Below are positions 46,226 through 59,671 of a stretch of DNA of 64,000 nucleotides, in pieces; within the stretch, counting starts at the first letter, position 1; each line of letters starts with the position of its first letter. The position numbers and the translations under genes are program-made. The notes beneath the pieces were generated by a model. The model ran no database searches and was not told where the DNA came from. It worked only from the letters and a program-made list of their open reading frames with translations. The DNA is from Yuukianura sp. NJ FZ-2021 (Eukaryota): positions 8,742,001 through 8,806,000 of the forward strand of contig CM102287.1 in NCBI GenBank assembly GCA_046563655.1. Reading direction: 5' to 3'.

Positions 46226-47930
46226 TTAGAATGTTAGAATTAGGAAAATTGCATTTTGTAGAACAATGTCCCCGAAAAGGCGAAGAATGTAATTTTTTGA
46301 CTCAAGCGTAAAGTGAGATCCAACTTGAATGCAAATGGGTCTTCTTGATTTCCAGAACTTGTTATTATACCTCTTCCACTGTCGATTCGTTTGCAGATGC
46401 TTGCCAATATTACAACATTCCAGGGATTGTGAATACACAGATACTGCCAATTCAATTCCAGTTTTCAAAATGTAGACTACTAGTAAGCCAATCGCACTAG
46501 AAAAAGCCATGAGTATAGCTACTCTTTGGAATGGATATTTCGTTGCTTCTAGTACACCGTAAATGCAAAGTGTTAACAAAGCTGCTCCCGCGTAAATTCC
46601 AAATTCTACAACTAGGGAGAAAATATCATTTCCCCACATGTTAAATACTTCCTGAGCTGTGTATGAAGAATGTATGTGGGATACATCTCTCCGGGTTTTG
46701 ACTTCTTTAAGGTTGTCACTGCAAATGATTTACAAGAAAAATTGTTTAACACGATTAAATTTATATTGTCTTTATAATACACTGCACTACTTGAAAGCAA
46801 GCCACTATGCTTGTTGGTAGAGTAATAATTTGTATGCTATGCTGCATTAGGGAATATGTACATATTGTATACGTGTATACGCCATAGAGTAGTCAAGGCG
46901 ATTTTCGTTTTTTTGTCTTTTATCGAAAGAAAATAAACGAAGCATCCCCTTGACAACTCTATGGCATTGTATATTTGTACTATGTATTGCATATTTGCAT
47001 ATATGCAGTGCGTATACACTGTGTATAGGTATGTATATATTTATTGTGTATGCTTTGTGTATATGCAATGTAATATGTATGCAACATACTACCTAGTAGT
47101 ATATGCATAGAAGAAATTTTTAACTAGGTTTTATACCATAACTGCTGCATTCTAGACAAGGAAACGTTCGCGTACAAGACAGCACAGTTTATGCACAAAA
47201 ACAGCGAGAATGCTCCGTGCACAATCCCTATACACACGAGTGTCACCGAGGTAGAAAAGCAACAGTGGAACAAAATGTGTGGAAATAGTTGCGATGAATC
47301 TGGTTCTCGCCAGGATATAGCTGCTGTGAACATCCGTTTGATTAATTCACCAGTTTCATTCCGTGTTAAATACACCAAACATAACATTTCTGGCACGTAT
47401 ATCCAGCGGTGTAACGTGAACCAAAGATTCACAAGTTGTAGCCCCATTCTGACCTTGTCAAATCCCTTATTCATTGGAGTTATCTCTATAAAAACGTTTT
47501 AAAAACGCATTACAAATATTAACCCCTGAAAATAGTACAATTAATGCAGTCTGATTTGTCACTTGAGTCATGTACCTGAGAGCTCTAAGTTTTCCGAAAA
47601 ATTTGTGACCAGAATCCGGATCTCATCGATGTAGAATAAATGCCAGCATTGCACGCCAATGATAATGGTTGACTGACAAATGGCTCCCAGCAGCAACATA
47701 ATTAGTTGTGGATGCCGTTCATAACGTAGTCCAAACATCAAAGAGATGAATATAACCCACAAGTTGTCAAGTATGCTCAATATTGTGGCACACTTAACAA
47801 CGTTAGGACGTTGTGACCTGATTACTTTGTAGCCATTGGATTTCTTTTGAATGTCAAATGTATAAGAGTACCAGAAAAATCCGGAATGAAATGTGGGCAG
47901 ACTTACGTCGACTGCATTTAAAGCAGCCAT
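46226..47930 (-). CDS. Divergent GR-like chemoreceptor; 3 exons
   Basis: Exons join in frame (last acceptor TTTGCAG|TGACAACC); multi-TM; C-terminus FWKSRRPICIQVGSHFTLESK...NAIFLILTF. Confidence 0.7.
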
Positions 47931-48691
47931 CGTTCAATTTTATTCTAAATTTCTTTGAAACTTTTGAAATTCAATTTTTAGATGTAACTACTTTCAGCAC
48001 CGAGTTTCAAACGGGGTTCATTTCGTTTTACTATTTGTAAGGTTGATATATACAGACAAATTTAACAAAATTTTTCCCCCTTTGCATAAATGGAAACTCA
48101 AAAAAAGCCCATTAAGTAATTCAAAATCCATATCAAACGTATTCGAAAATAATTTTTGGCTAAATTAAATTGAAAAAATAGAATTTTGAAATTAATGGTG
48201 AAAGTGGGAGCAAAGCACAAAAATGTAAAGCAATTTAGATAAAAAAAAAGTTCCTAAAATTTTGAACAGTATTGACTTTCTGGCAGCGGAAATTGAGGAC
48301 TTTTGAAGATACCTTCATTTTTTTTCTCTCAAGAATGCTTTCCTTACTAAATTAAGCTTTCGCTACTAATTTACTAACCATATACAACAAACTATACTTT
48401 ACTAAACGACTAAACCCCTACAAAAAAGTGTCTAAGAATATCAAACTTTTTTCCAAATTAAAGTGCATCAATGTTTCAAATGCAATTTTTTGCCCAGTTT
48501 GGTTTATTGCTTAAATATCTGCCCATTTCGATTACGGCAAAACCATTAAGTTTAAAATTTAAGAAATTTTTGAAAATTGGCTCTCTTTTCCATCGGACAG
48601 TCCGAGAATTTATTGGCTTTCTGTCACAATAATTTATCAAATTTAGATCGCATATGTGCCAAACAATGAAGATGTGGTGATTCTGAGCTCC

Positions 48692-49374
48692 TTAAAGTAG
48701 GCTCCATTTAATTTTGAATCTTCCCACGCCTCTGGATTCACCCAAAGCTTCAAATGCCGTTACAGACAAATCCAAATTTCCCTCTCCACAACTTTGGCAT
48801 TTGTCCCGAATTGTAACTGTAACGCTTTTTCCATTTCGAATGTTCGTGACTCTTGCTTGTCTTCCGCAAATCGGATCATTGTTGGGATTGCTTTCTGTCC
48901 AGTAGTTGATTCCAATGGCGGCAACCATCTCTGAATCTGTGTGCTGAGAACCACAAGCCAAAATGCCCAAAATTTCGTACCAAGTTGCGTCTCCATAATC
49001 TGATGAAAAACAATAAAACATAAAAAAATACTCTAAATAATACACTTAAAATAAATTATAAACGAAGAATTTTTGTTCTTTTGTTATTTTCATTTACGTT
49101 CAACTCCAGCCCCAGCGCCGCCGGATCGAATCCCCCTCGGTGCATCATTTTTCGTCTCCTCTTTGCAACAGTAGTAAGTCCACCCGGATTTGGAGGCGGA
49201 GCAAGGCCACATATGTCGCATAGTGTAACCCACGTGATTTTGGCAACCGTCTTTCGGATAGGGAAGTGGAGCCGGGTAGCATTCTGTATTGAAACAAGAT
49301 TTTGCTTGAACTTTGACCAGTAAAAGACTCAATAGATTTGCTACAACAACGAAGCCTATTTTGCCAAATTTCAT
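48692..49374 (-). CDS. Secreted RlpA-like double-psi beta-barrel (expansin/loosenin-like) protein, copy 1; 194 aa, exons 49374-49098 and 48999-48692
   Basis: Signal peptide, small Cys-rich domain, Gly linker, then GDATWY...ACG...VAAIG...PICGR...SVTVTIRDKCQSC...LDLSVTAFEAL...IKW. Confidence 0.88.
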
Positions 49375-49722
49375 TTTTGTTGAATTTTTGTTAATTAAAA
49401 ATTTTGAAAGTTTACTTTTCAAATTCTTCATCCAAAATGTAGGCCCACCTTGTATTTATAGGTGGCTTCATTAAACTATGTGGTTGGTGGCTGTGTCCGA
49501 AATACAGTAGGTTTTGAGCCACCGTATTCCTGCGTTTTTTTTTTGTCACATTTTACCGCAATGACCATACTCTCCGGAAATGCTTGCTCTAAAAAAATGC
49601 CGTTTTAGGCTCCTAAAAAGTTCTTATGAATAGCCGAAAAAGCAGTTAAAACCTGAAAAAAGTCCTAAAAATCCGTTGAAATTGACCACGAGTTTTTTAT
49701 ATGTACATCCGATCCGCCGATC

Positions 49723-49941
49723 CGGTTTCCGCTTGGTCATGCATCACACGTGGCATTTTTTGTAATTAATTTTTCGTTATAATTTCACAACCGACATGGA
49801 AAATTTAACGATCTGTGTTTTACGCAATTCAAACCTTGTGAGTGCAAAGATCATAAAGCAGATTTAAAAAAAAAACAGAATTCAAAATTTTGAAATCAAT
49901 TATACGAGTTATTACGAGGATAAATAGGATTTCAAACATGA
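49723..49941. repeat. ~220-bp dispersed repeat, copy 2, within a 377-bp segment (49566-49942) absent from the duplicated paralog promoter
   Basis: Matches 39310-39537. The segment is flanked by AATGAC direct repeats at 49560-49565 and 49943-49948. Confidence 0.85.
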
Positions 49942-50353
49942 AAATGACAATTAACGCTAATGAGTTTATTGTCGGATATATTTTATCGCAAAATGAAAAA
50001 TTATCTTGTAACACTTGTGAGAGCCACAGTACATGACAAAATGCTGTCCAACAAAACAGATGAAAACAGATAACGTTTACAATTTTGTAATTTCCAATTT
50101 TCCAGGATTTTTTTTTCCAATTAACGTGTATCAATGATGGAATTTTTTGACCATTTTGGTTTATTGCCTAAACGAATATCTGCCAATTTTGATTACGGTA
50201 AAACTAGCAAGCTTAAATAATTCATGAAATTTTTGAAAATTGGCTCTGTTTTCCATTGGACAATCCGAAAATTTATTGGTTGTGTCGTAATAATTTACCA
50301 ACTAGGGGCAGCACAGAAGCCAAACAATGGGAGATGTGGTGATTCTGAGCTAC

Positions 50354-51045
50354 TCAAATTAGGCTCCACTTAATTTTGAATCTTCCCACGTCTCTGGATT
50401 CGCCCAAAGCTTCAAATGCGGTTACAGACAAATCCAAATTTCCCTCTCCACAACTGTGGCATTTGTCCCAAATTGTAACTGTAACGCTTTTTCCATTTCG
50501 CACGTTCGTGACTCTTGCTTGTCTTCCGCAAATCGGATCTTTGTTGGGGTTCACAATGCTTTTTGTCCAGTAGTTGATTCCAATAGCGGCAACCATCTCT
50601 GAATCTTTGTGCTGAGAACCACAAGCCAAAATGCCCAAAATTTCGTACCAAGTTGCGTCTCCATAATCTAATGAAAAACAATAAAACATAAAAAAAAAAT
50701 ATTCTAAATAATACTTAAAATAAATTATAGATTATATGAAAGAATTTTTGTTCTTTATTTTCATTTACGTTCAACTCCAGCCCCAGCGCCGCCGGATCGA
50801 TCCCCACTCGGTGCATTATTTTGTGGCTCGTCTTTGCAACAGTAGTAAGTCCACCCGGATTTGGGGGCGGAGCAAGGCCACATATTTTGCATAGTGTAAC
50901 CCACGTGATTTTGGCAACCGTCTTTCGGATAGGGAAGTGGAGCCGGGTAGCATTCTGTATTGAAACAAGATTCTGCTTCAACTTTGACCAGCAAAAGACT
51001 GAATAGATTTGTTACAAAAACGAATCCTATTTTGCCAAATTTCAT
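50354..51045 (-). CDS. Secreted RlpA-like DPBB (expansin/loosenin-like) protein, copy 2; exons 51045-50769 and 50667-50354
   Basis: Near-identical tandem duplicate of copy 1 including intron and flanks. Confidence 0.88.
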
Positions 51046-51820
51046 TTTTGTTGAAATTTTGTTAATTAAAAAATTTGAAAGTTTATTTTTGAAATTACTT
51101 TATTCAAGATGTAGACCCACCTTGTATTTATAGTTGAGTTCATTAAACTAATGTGGTTGGTGGCTGTGGACAAAATACAGTAGGTTTTGAGCTACCGCAT
51201 TCCTGCGTCTTTTGTCACATTTACCACAATCACAATTAACGCTAATGAGTTGATTGTCCGATATATTTTATCGCAAAATGAAAAATTATCCTGTAACACT
51301 TTTGAGACACACAGGACATGAAAACATGCTGCCCGACATAACAGATGAAAACAGATAACGTTTACAAATTGTAATCGTTATCTGTTTTCCTAAATTTTTA
51401 TTGATTGTAAATTACAATTAAAAAAAAATTGACAAAAACGGAACATTTTTTACCAAAAACAGCAGTTAGCTGGTCCGACACCAATAATGAAAGGAAACAA
51501 ATTTTCAAAATTTACGGTTTATCTAAAAATTGCACGAATTTTTTCCAGTTTCGACTTAATGTATGTACACGTCCTTTTTCAATGGGAATTTGAATTTTAA
51601 AAAAAAACGCCTCTTTTGGAACAATTAGCAAAGAACTTCATATCTAGATCAAAACTGCAGCCTTGTCTTGTTAAACAATTTAAAAACGTCGTCGTTCCAA
51701 CTCACTCGCTCTTCTTTAAAAAACATGAGAAAACTCCTTTTCAGGGAAAACGAAAACCAAGAATTGAAAAAAGTTCCAGTATTGATTGAAACTTGGCGCT
51801 AAAAACTTGACATACTAAAA

Positions 51821-53141
51821 ATGGACGTCAAAATGTTCCGTTTTTTCGTCAACTTGGCGTCGACTCTATGTTTCATTCCGCTTGACATGAAGGAAAATTT
51901 CATAATAGTGAAGTCACCGTCTACACAAAAGAACACAAAAGCCAAATCCGTTTTTTTCATAAAAAGATATTTGAAGTACTTCATTTTTGGATTAATCGTT
52001 GGTCGTACTCTATTTCTTACAATTAAGCTCCTTCAACATGCTATTGGACAACTTGACCTGTCACTTGCGCAGGCGCAGCTACTAAGTAGACAAGTAGCCT
52101 TGTGCTGGGTCACTGTAACACAACAAATGACGATTCAATTCCAAAAGAACGATATTGCCTACTTTTTTAACCAATTCATCAAACTTCAACAAATTCTTGA
52201 ACGTAAAATTTAAACAAAGACATTTTGAAATAAAATTGAACATAACCAATCAGCAACAAGATTGGAGAAAAAATTGATAAAAATATTTTTAAATTTTCGT
52301 TTTTTTTTTGTAGAAAGCGATCAAACCCGAAAAGAATTTCGACATAGTTGGCTCATACCAAATGGAATGATCAGTTGCTATGCATTGATCAGTGCCTTTT
52401 CAATAACAAAGTATGCTGTGGGTAAAGTCACTCAACCAATGACTCAAATTGAAGTATCGTCAAATCCATTGATCAGAATTTTAGAGGGAACGTTTGAAAT
52501 TTATTCCCAGACGATGTGTGCTCTAAACCTCATCATTCTTGTGTACGTTTCCGTCGTATATTATCTTACCGCAAGACGCGGCCTCAAGCTGAAGCTTCGC
52601 GAGTAAGCGATTCTTTTTCTAACTAAACTCTATTACTAATTATAATTTTCTAATTTAACTATAATTTAGTTCCCAAAATGGTGCTGACGATGTTCGTGAC
52701 CAGTTTGTCTGGTACAGACATCACCAACTTCTCAACATTGTGTACAACCGAGCATTTGAAACATTGAATACGACCAGTGGAGTAGCAGGGGGCGCTGTGC
52801 AATGTATAAGATCCATTTACGCCTTTGTACGACTATTCCGTTTGGGATATGTTGGTGCTGAACATTTCGTACAATTGTTTAGCATGGTGACATCAGCGGT
52901 AATAATCTTTGCCCAATGTGGTTTAAGTTGCTCGTTCTATGCACTCAGCATGCAGTTGATCAATGGGTGGACCTTAAGGGCCCATCTAACAAGAAATGAA
53001 TTTGATCAGAAGAATCTGAAATCGTTTCAGCCATTGAACATTCGCGTTGGAATATTTTTTATGTTCAAGCGACAATCGAAATTGACCATGGTTCGATTCG
53101 TACTGGATGGAGCTGTTAACGCTCTCCTTGGACTAGAGTAA
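51821..53141 (+). CDS. Divergent GR-like chemoreceptor; 3 exons
   Basis: Multi-TM protein; C-terminus LKSFQPLNIRVGIFFMFKRQSKLTMVRFVLDGAVNALL. Confidence 0.7.
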
Positions 53142-53728
53142 AGTTCATAGTATTGACAATGCATCCCAAATATTAATATTATTATTATTTCAATTCACTC
53201 TGTGGAAAAAAAATTATTGCAGCTTAAAAAACACCGAATCGCAGCGGTTTTTGTTGTGAATGAGTTAATTGTTTTGCAACCTGGTCCGAAAGACATTAGA
53301 TAATTTGCGAGCTATAAGCCGGAATTTAGGGTAGTAACTCTCACAGCGGCGTCATCGGATGTTTTGTGGAAAACAAACGTATAAAAATTATAATTATACA
53401 TCAATTGTATATAATAATTAAATAAACAATATGTAAGTGTTGTTTGTATAAAGCGTATTGTTTAGTTATTTATTACACAATAAGTTAATTTCGATATTCT
53501 TCAAATTAGTTCATATTTAAAAATTGAAGAAAAAGCTTTGCCCATCTCTGGTAATGTGGGTACACAGTTGTGAGTGTTTTTTACCTTAACCGTTTTGTTA
53601 TTGTTTTGGGAAAAAAAACGGGCACATGTTTTTTCTCATAATGGGAAACGGAATCTGAAGTGACTGTTTAGTTTTAGTGATTGATTACTTATTGATTAAT
53701 TAATTGATTAAATAGATTAATCGCCGAA

Positions 53729-55174
53729 ATGAAGTCATCAAGGAGTATGCTACAGTCGTACTCTCGGTTTCATAGGCTAAAGTTAACACTGCCAGTACAA
53801 TCCAATGTACTGGTTCGACGTATCGCTACAACCGTCGAAGATCCAAAACATAGTCAGCTTAATGTTTTCGACCGAAGGACTAAATTGATGCAAAGGGAAC
53901 GAACACTTCAATATGAAGATCCGGAAGTATACGAGTATCTGCGGGATGAGGTAAAGCAATTAGTAATAGTTAAACTGAAACTTATTCTTAAATACAGTTT
54001 TTCGTAACTGCAAAACTATTTTTGTGGCATTAGGTGGGATTTGTACTTGCAGATCGTGTACTGGATATACAACGGGACTTGAAACTAATTCTGGACTTGG
54101 GGTGTGGGCGAGGTCATGTAATGCGGCATCTGAATAGTGTGCGTCTTGACTATCCTTTAATTTAGATGCCTAAACAGGAGCACGTACTAAAAGTTTTCGT
54201 TTTTTTTTTCAGAACCGAGTCAGTGCTATGATTGCGACGGATGCCAGTCAAGCTTTATTGGACAGTGCTGTCGTTCCTGAAGATATTCCATGTGAGAAGA
54301 TTGTCATGGACGAAGAAAACATAACTTTTGAGGACAATAAGTTCAACCTTGTGGTATCCGGTTTAAAGTAAGTTTAGATCCACAGCTATTCATTAGGGCA
54401 TTTTCCTCTTAACCCATTCCGTTTTGGTTAGTCTTCACTGGGTCAACGATCTTCCCAACACTTTCAGAAGAATACACCAAATTCTCAAACCGGACGGTGT
54501 GTTCCTTGGTGCCATGTTTGGATGTGAGACGTTGTACCAACTACGATGTTCACTCCAATTGAGTGAACTAGAAAGAGAAGGGGTATGCCCTTCAGCCTGT
54601 TCAATGGTCATAGATAAAGTTTTAAACAAACTGTTATTTCTTTTTATGTTTTTAGGGAATAGGTTCTCATATATCGCCGTTTGCTCAAATTAGGGACATC
54701 GGTGGACTGTTAAACATGAATGGCTTTACCATGCTAACAATCGTAAGGTTCTTACTGAATTATAACACTGTAAAAGCATTGACGTAATTTTCGCAACATT
54801 TTTTTTATCTCGACAGGATACACAAGAAATCAAGATAAACTATCCAACTATTTTTGAACTTATGGAAGATTTAAAGGGAATGGGCGAAAGCAATGCTTCC
54901 TGGAAAAGAAAAACGCATCTGAGTCGTGATACGATGTTTGCAGCGGGTGCAGTTTACAATGGCAAGTTGGCCAAATACAATTTTTAGCGCAATTCTTAAC
55001 TTTATGCGAATGTCATTTTTTGTTCCAGAACTGTACGGTAACGAAGATGGAAGTATTCCAGCAACGTTTCAAATAATTTATATGATAGCCTGGAAACCGG
55101 ATCCGTCACAGCCAAAAGCCCTTCCACAACAGAAGCCTGATGTGTCCCTCAAGGACTTGCACAAAATCAAGTAA
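53729..55174 (+). CDS. NDUFAF5: Mitochondrial complex I assembly factor NDUFAF5 (methyltransferase-fold arginine hydroxylase)
   Basis: [89 protein letters not shown]; transit-peptide-like N-terminus. Confidence 0.95.
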
Positions 55175-55849
55175 AAGAACACAAGAGGAAATCAATGTTA
55201 CCTAGTTTATATCGAAATCTTGGACGATGTAACGAGTGACAAGGGAGACCGAATTTCTGCGGTTAACCTTCGCCGTTGATTGCGTGACTCAAGCTCTGCC
55301 GTAGAACTGTGACATCAAGCTCCAGCCAAAACTTCTCAGGAAATAAACTTTGCCGATTCAGTTTGACGTACAGCCCTCAATATGCCAAGGTCCTTATTGG
55401 ATTTGGATCAAACAAGTACCAAGTATTCTCTATTTCTATTTTCAAAGTTTTTAACTCACTAGCTATTCTCCGCAACAACGTTCATTTCATACTTCGTTTG
55501 AATTACAGCAGGTCCAACAATCCAACATTCTTGGGAATCAAAACTTTTAGCAGAAAGTTTCCCGTTATTTCTCTAGTTTCAGCGATTGGGAACTTCTCTA
55601 CTTTCAGTGATTGGGAACCGCTCCTGATTACTAATTCTGAGATTTTTGTTACATTGTAGCTTCTAGCTTAAACATACTCGATGGAATTACTAATTCATCA
55701 GGACTGTGTTCTCACAGCGTATAACTTTTGCCAATAATTTTTCAGACTTTTCCGTCTCACGAAATCAGTTCACATATCCGAATGTCCTATAAAACAGAAT
55801 TACGATGTCTGATTCCTGTTTTGTGGCATTCCTTCTCTACTAGTGCAAA

Positions 55850-58800
55850 ATGAAAGTCAGCAAGGTCAATAGGTCAACGAAACTGTTTTTGAGTATCACT
55901 TTATCAGTATTGTTAGTTCACATTTTGGCAGTGATTGGCCAATCGGATTTCCTCTTCAAAAATGTTAACATGGGTAAGCAATTAACATAAATTGCAAAAT
56001 ATTCTCCAGAATTTAATTTTGTCCAGAATTTGAAAACATGCAACTTTCCTTTTTTCTTTTTCTAGGAGTTGTGATTTCTTCTTCCAAAGTGACTCCGATT
56101 CCAGACCGTGAAGAACTGGAGCTGAACTTGAAGGAATTGATTACAAGTATTGTGGCATCTGAAGGCGGAGGTGACGGTGGAGACAATTCAACTCATGTCA
56201 GCAACATCACAATTATCAACTTCAATTTCACTGATGACCTCAGTAGTTTGCCAGACATTGTCCTGTTGTTTACATTTCTTAACTGCGAAGAAACGCATTT
56301 CCTCAACCAACAGATTTCTGCAAATGGTGAAATTGTGCACATTGCTCTAACGGGTAACCTTTTTCTTAGAAAAATTGTAAAAGTTTTGGTTTATTTTTAT
56401 GAAAATGTTTGTTTTTAGATCCAGGATGTCCAAGACTTTCCAACAAAGTGTCAATTACATTGCCTTTGACTTGGTTTGAGCGTACGGATGGGATTTACCA
56501 GTTACTGGTGGACGTTCGTCATGAAAACGTTTTGCCAAAATGGAAATCTGCTGTGATCATTTGTGACAAGCAGGCTGGACTGGGAGTGATGGAGGCCGTG
56601 CTTAAAGCTCTTGGAAATCAAGGCGGAATGGACGACTTCACTTTAGCATTTTTCCAAGTCGATAGCATGAGTCGAGATTTCGCATTGTGAGAATCATTTT
56701 AAAAAAAAAATAGTTTTAAAACGTTTTTGAACAAACTGATTGAAAATGTTTCGTTTTTTGACAGAGATGAGCAGATGGAAAGAATCATGAACTTGTATCG
56801 TAACAAAGAGACGAAGTTTGTCGTCGTTACTGGCAGTTCTCGTGCAATTCAAATTCTGGATTCGGTGAGTCCTGCTGATGCTGAGCAACGTGAATATTTT
56901 AAGTTTCAGTTTAGTTTAAAAGTGTCCAATTTTTAAATTAGGCGAGAAGAATGCATATGCTAACGTTCTCGACTCAATGGCTGTTCATTTCGACTGATTC
57001 TGAGAAAAGTTTGCTTGGCTGGACAGACATTACGCGTCGGATTATTACAGACGGAGTGAACCTCGCACTGATTTCAAACTACTCGACTACAACCGTTGGA
57101 CATACCGTAAGACAGCATTTTGGAAAAATTGTTTTCAAAATTTATAATTTTGAAATTTTTGTTCTTAGGAGGCTCTACTGTGTCAAGTGGAATCTCTAAT
57201 TACACTTTTGGTCCAAAGTAACGAAGTTGTAACGGAAGAGGAATTTAACACTTTTCTGAAAGTATCAGACGAAGAATGGGACATTATCAAACCTAGTCGA
57301 CTGGAAAGAACAATGAAAATTGTTGGTCTGATTTCTGTATGGCTGGTTAACTTTTAGTTACATCTTCAAAATTTTTCGAGAATTTCATAACTTTTTGAAA
57401 TGTTTTTCTGAACAGGACAACATTGATACTGGAGTTCTTCAAAAATGTAAAAACTCAAATTTTTGGAAACTGGAAGTGGCTGAACATGGACGCGTGGGAA
57501 AACGTGTTTTTGAAGTTGGCAAATGGAATCCTGTGACTGGACTTCGGTTGACGGATGACTTGTTTCCACATGTGACAGGAGGTTAGGTTAATGTAACCCA
57601 ATGTGTAAAAAACTATAACCAATTTATACAAAAAGTCCTTGATTTGTTAGGTTTTCGTGGAAGAACAATTGACATTACTTCGATTCATGCAAGTCCTTGC
57701 GACATTTTGTAAAAAATCAACATTTTAGGTTAGGTTAGTAGTGTCTAGTAATTTTGTGATTGTATTTCAGTATCCACCTTGGCAAATTTTTACACCCGAC
57801 CCTTCAAATCCTGCAAATATTACGTACAGTGGTCTGATCTTTGAAGTAGTGAATCACATGGCTGATACGCTGAACTTTACATATCGAGTAATTCATCCCA
57901 CATTTGGAACTTGGGGATTTTTACAAAGCGATGGAGCATGGGACGGCATGACCGGAATTGTCGCTAGTGGCGAGGTAACATTTTCCAGAATTTGAAAACT
58001 TTTTATCAGAAAACCATTTTTTGTTGCAAAATGTCAATTTTTCGGTTTTCGTTTTTTCTTGTTAAGGCTGTTTTAGGAGCTGCTGCCTTTACAGTGACGC
58101 CCGAGCGATCTCAAGTTGTCAACTTTACTAGCGTTATCGAACGAGAAGCTTACAGTTTCATTGTGAATCGACCAGTGGAACTCTCACGCATTCTTCTGTT
58201 TGCCCAACCTTTCAAAATCGATGTGAACATTAAAATTTTAAATTTTTTTTTAAATTTCAAACTTTATTAGTGTTTTTTTTTGTTTTAGGTGTGGCTCTGT
58301 ATTGGATTTGCAGTTGTATTAGTGGCACCAGTTTTGTTTGTAGTTAATCGCAACAGCTACTACTACACTTTCCATAATCAGAGAAACGTCTTTGGTTTGT
58401 TCAAACTGAAGAACTGCTTTTGGTACCTCTACGGTGCCCTACTACAACAAGGTAAAAAATGCTCGACCAAGTTTCAAAAATGAAATTTTGAAAAATGAAA
58501 AATGAAATGGAATGAAATTTTGATTTCAGGAGGACCTCACCTTCCAAATGCCGTGAGTGGGCGAATGGTGGTTGGGTTTTGGTGGCTCTTTGTTCTCGTC
58601 ATTGTGACAACATATTCTGGAAGTCTTGTCGCATTCTTGAGTAAGTCACTTTGATTTCGTGAAATTCTTGTAAAACTTTCCAATTTCGACATAAAATTTT
58701 TGTTTTCTAGCGTTTCCCAGAGTTGAGAATTCCGTAAACACAATTGACGATGTTATTCACTACAGAGGCGTCAGTTCCTGGGGCATCACTGCAAACAGCG

Positions 58801-59671
58801 TCGTCGAAGGGTTTTTGACGGTGAATACAAAAAATGATACTGAAATTTAAAAAAATTGTGCTAGAATTGATTTTTTTTCAGAGTTCGAGAAACTCCAGAA
58901 TAAAAATTCTAAACGAGCGGGCTGTTCGTCACCCTTCGTTTAACGCTACTGTTATGGAGCTGGTACGAAACAAGAACCATGCTTACATTGACTGGAAAAT
59001 TGCTTTACTAACGAAGTTACAAGAGGAGTACAGGATTACTGGCATCTGTGAATTCGCACTTGGTTATAAACAGATTCATTTTCTGTAAAGTAAATTTTTC
59101 TACAAATTCAAAATTTGATTTTAATTTTTTGAAATTTTAGGCACTGAAGATTTCTTCGAAGAAGAAATAGCTCTCATTGTGCCTCCAACGAGTACCTTTC
59201 TGCATTTGTTTGACAATGAGTACTGTTTCTAAAAAAAATCAGTTTTTTGATAATGAGTTTCTGAAAGTGTTTTGAATAGTGCCACTTTTTTTCTAGAATC
59301 AAGATCATGCTGGAGAGCGGTTTGATTAAAAAGTGGAAAGGGAAGTTATGGCCACAGAAGGACAAATGCTCATCTGCTTCAGGATTTACTGGCAGCGTGG
59401 CCAACAGAGTCGTTTCAATTGGCGACATGCAAGGTAACACTTTTTAGCACAAAATTTTGAAAAGTGAAAAATTGCTAATTTTTTGTTTTATATGTTAGGA
59501 TCGTTCTATCTGCTCCTGGTCGGAACGTTTACAGCGTTTGTTATTCTCCTGATAGAATTTCTAGTGCACAGGCACCGCCAACGAAAGTTAGTCGACAGCC
59601 TCAAGGTTTTAATGGAATCCAACAAAGCGAAAGAGTTTTGGCAACAGAAGCAGTTTCCATTTTTGAATTGA
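55850..59671 (+). CDS. Ir93a: Ionotropic receptor with amino-terminal domain, IR93a-like; many short exons
   Basis: [94 protein letters not shown]. Confidence 0.85.

Noticed and set aside
46226..47930. Possible pseudogene, since the ORF track shows frame changes near 46612-46800
   Set aside because: Using the acceptor TTTGCAG|TGACAACC restores an uninterrupted frame into the last exon.
55309..55659. 116-aa ORF between NDUFAF5 and Ir93a
   Set aside because: GTG start and no recognisable features; probably UTR sequence.
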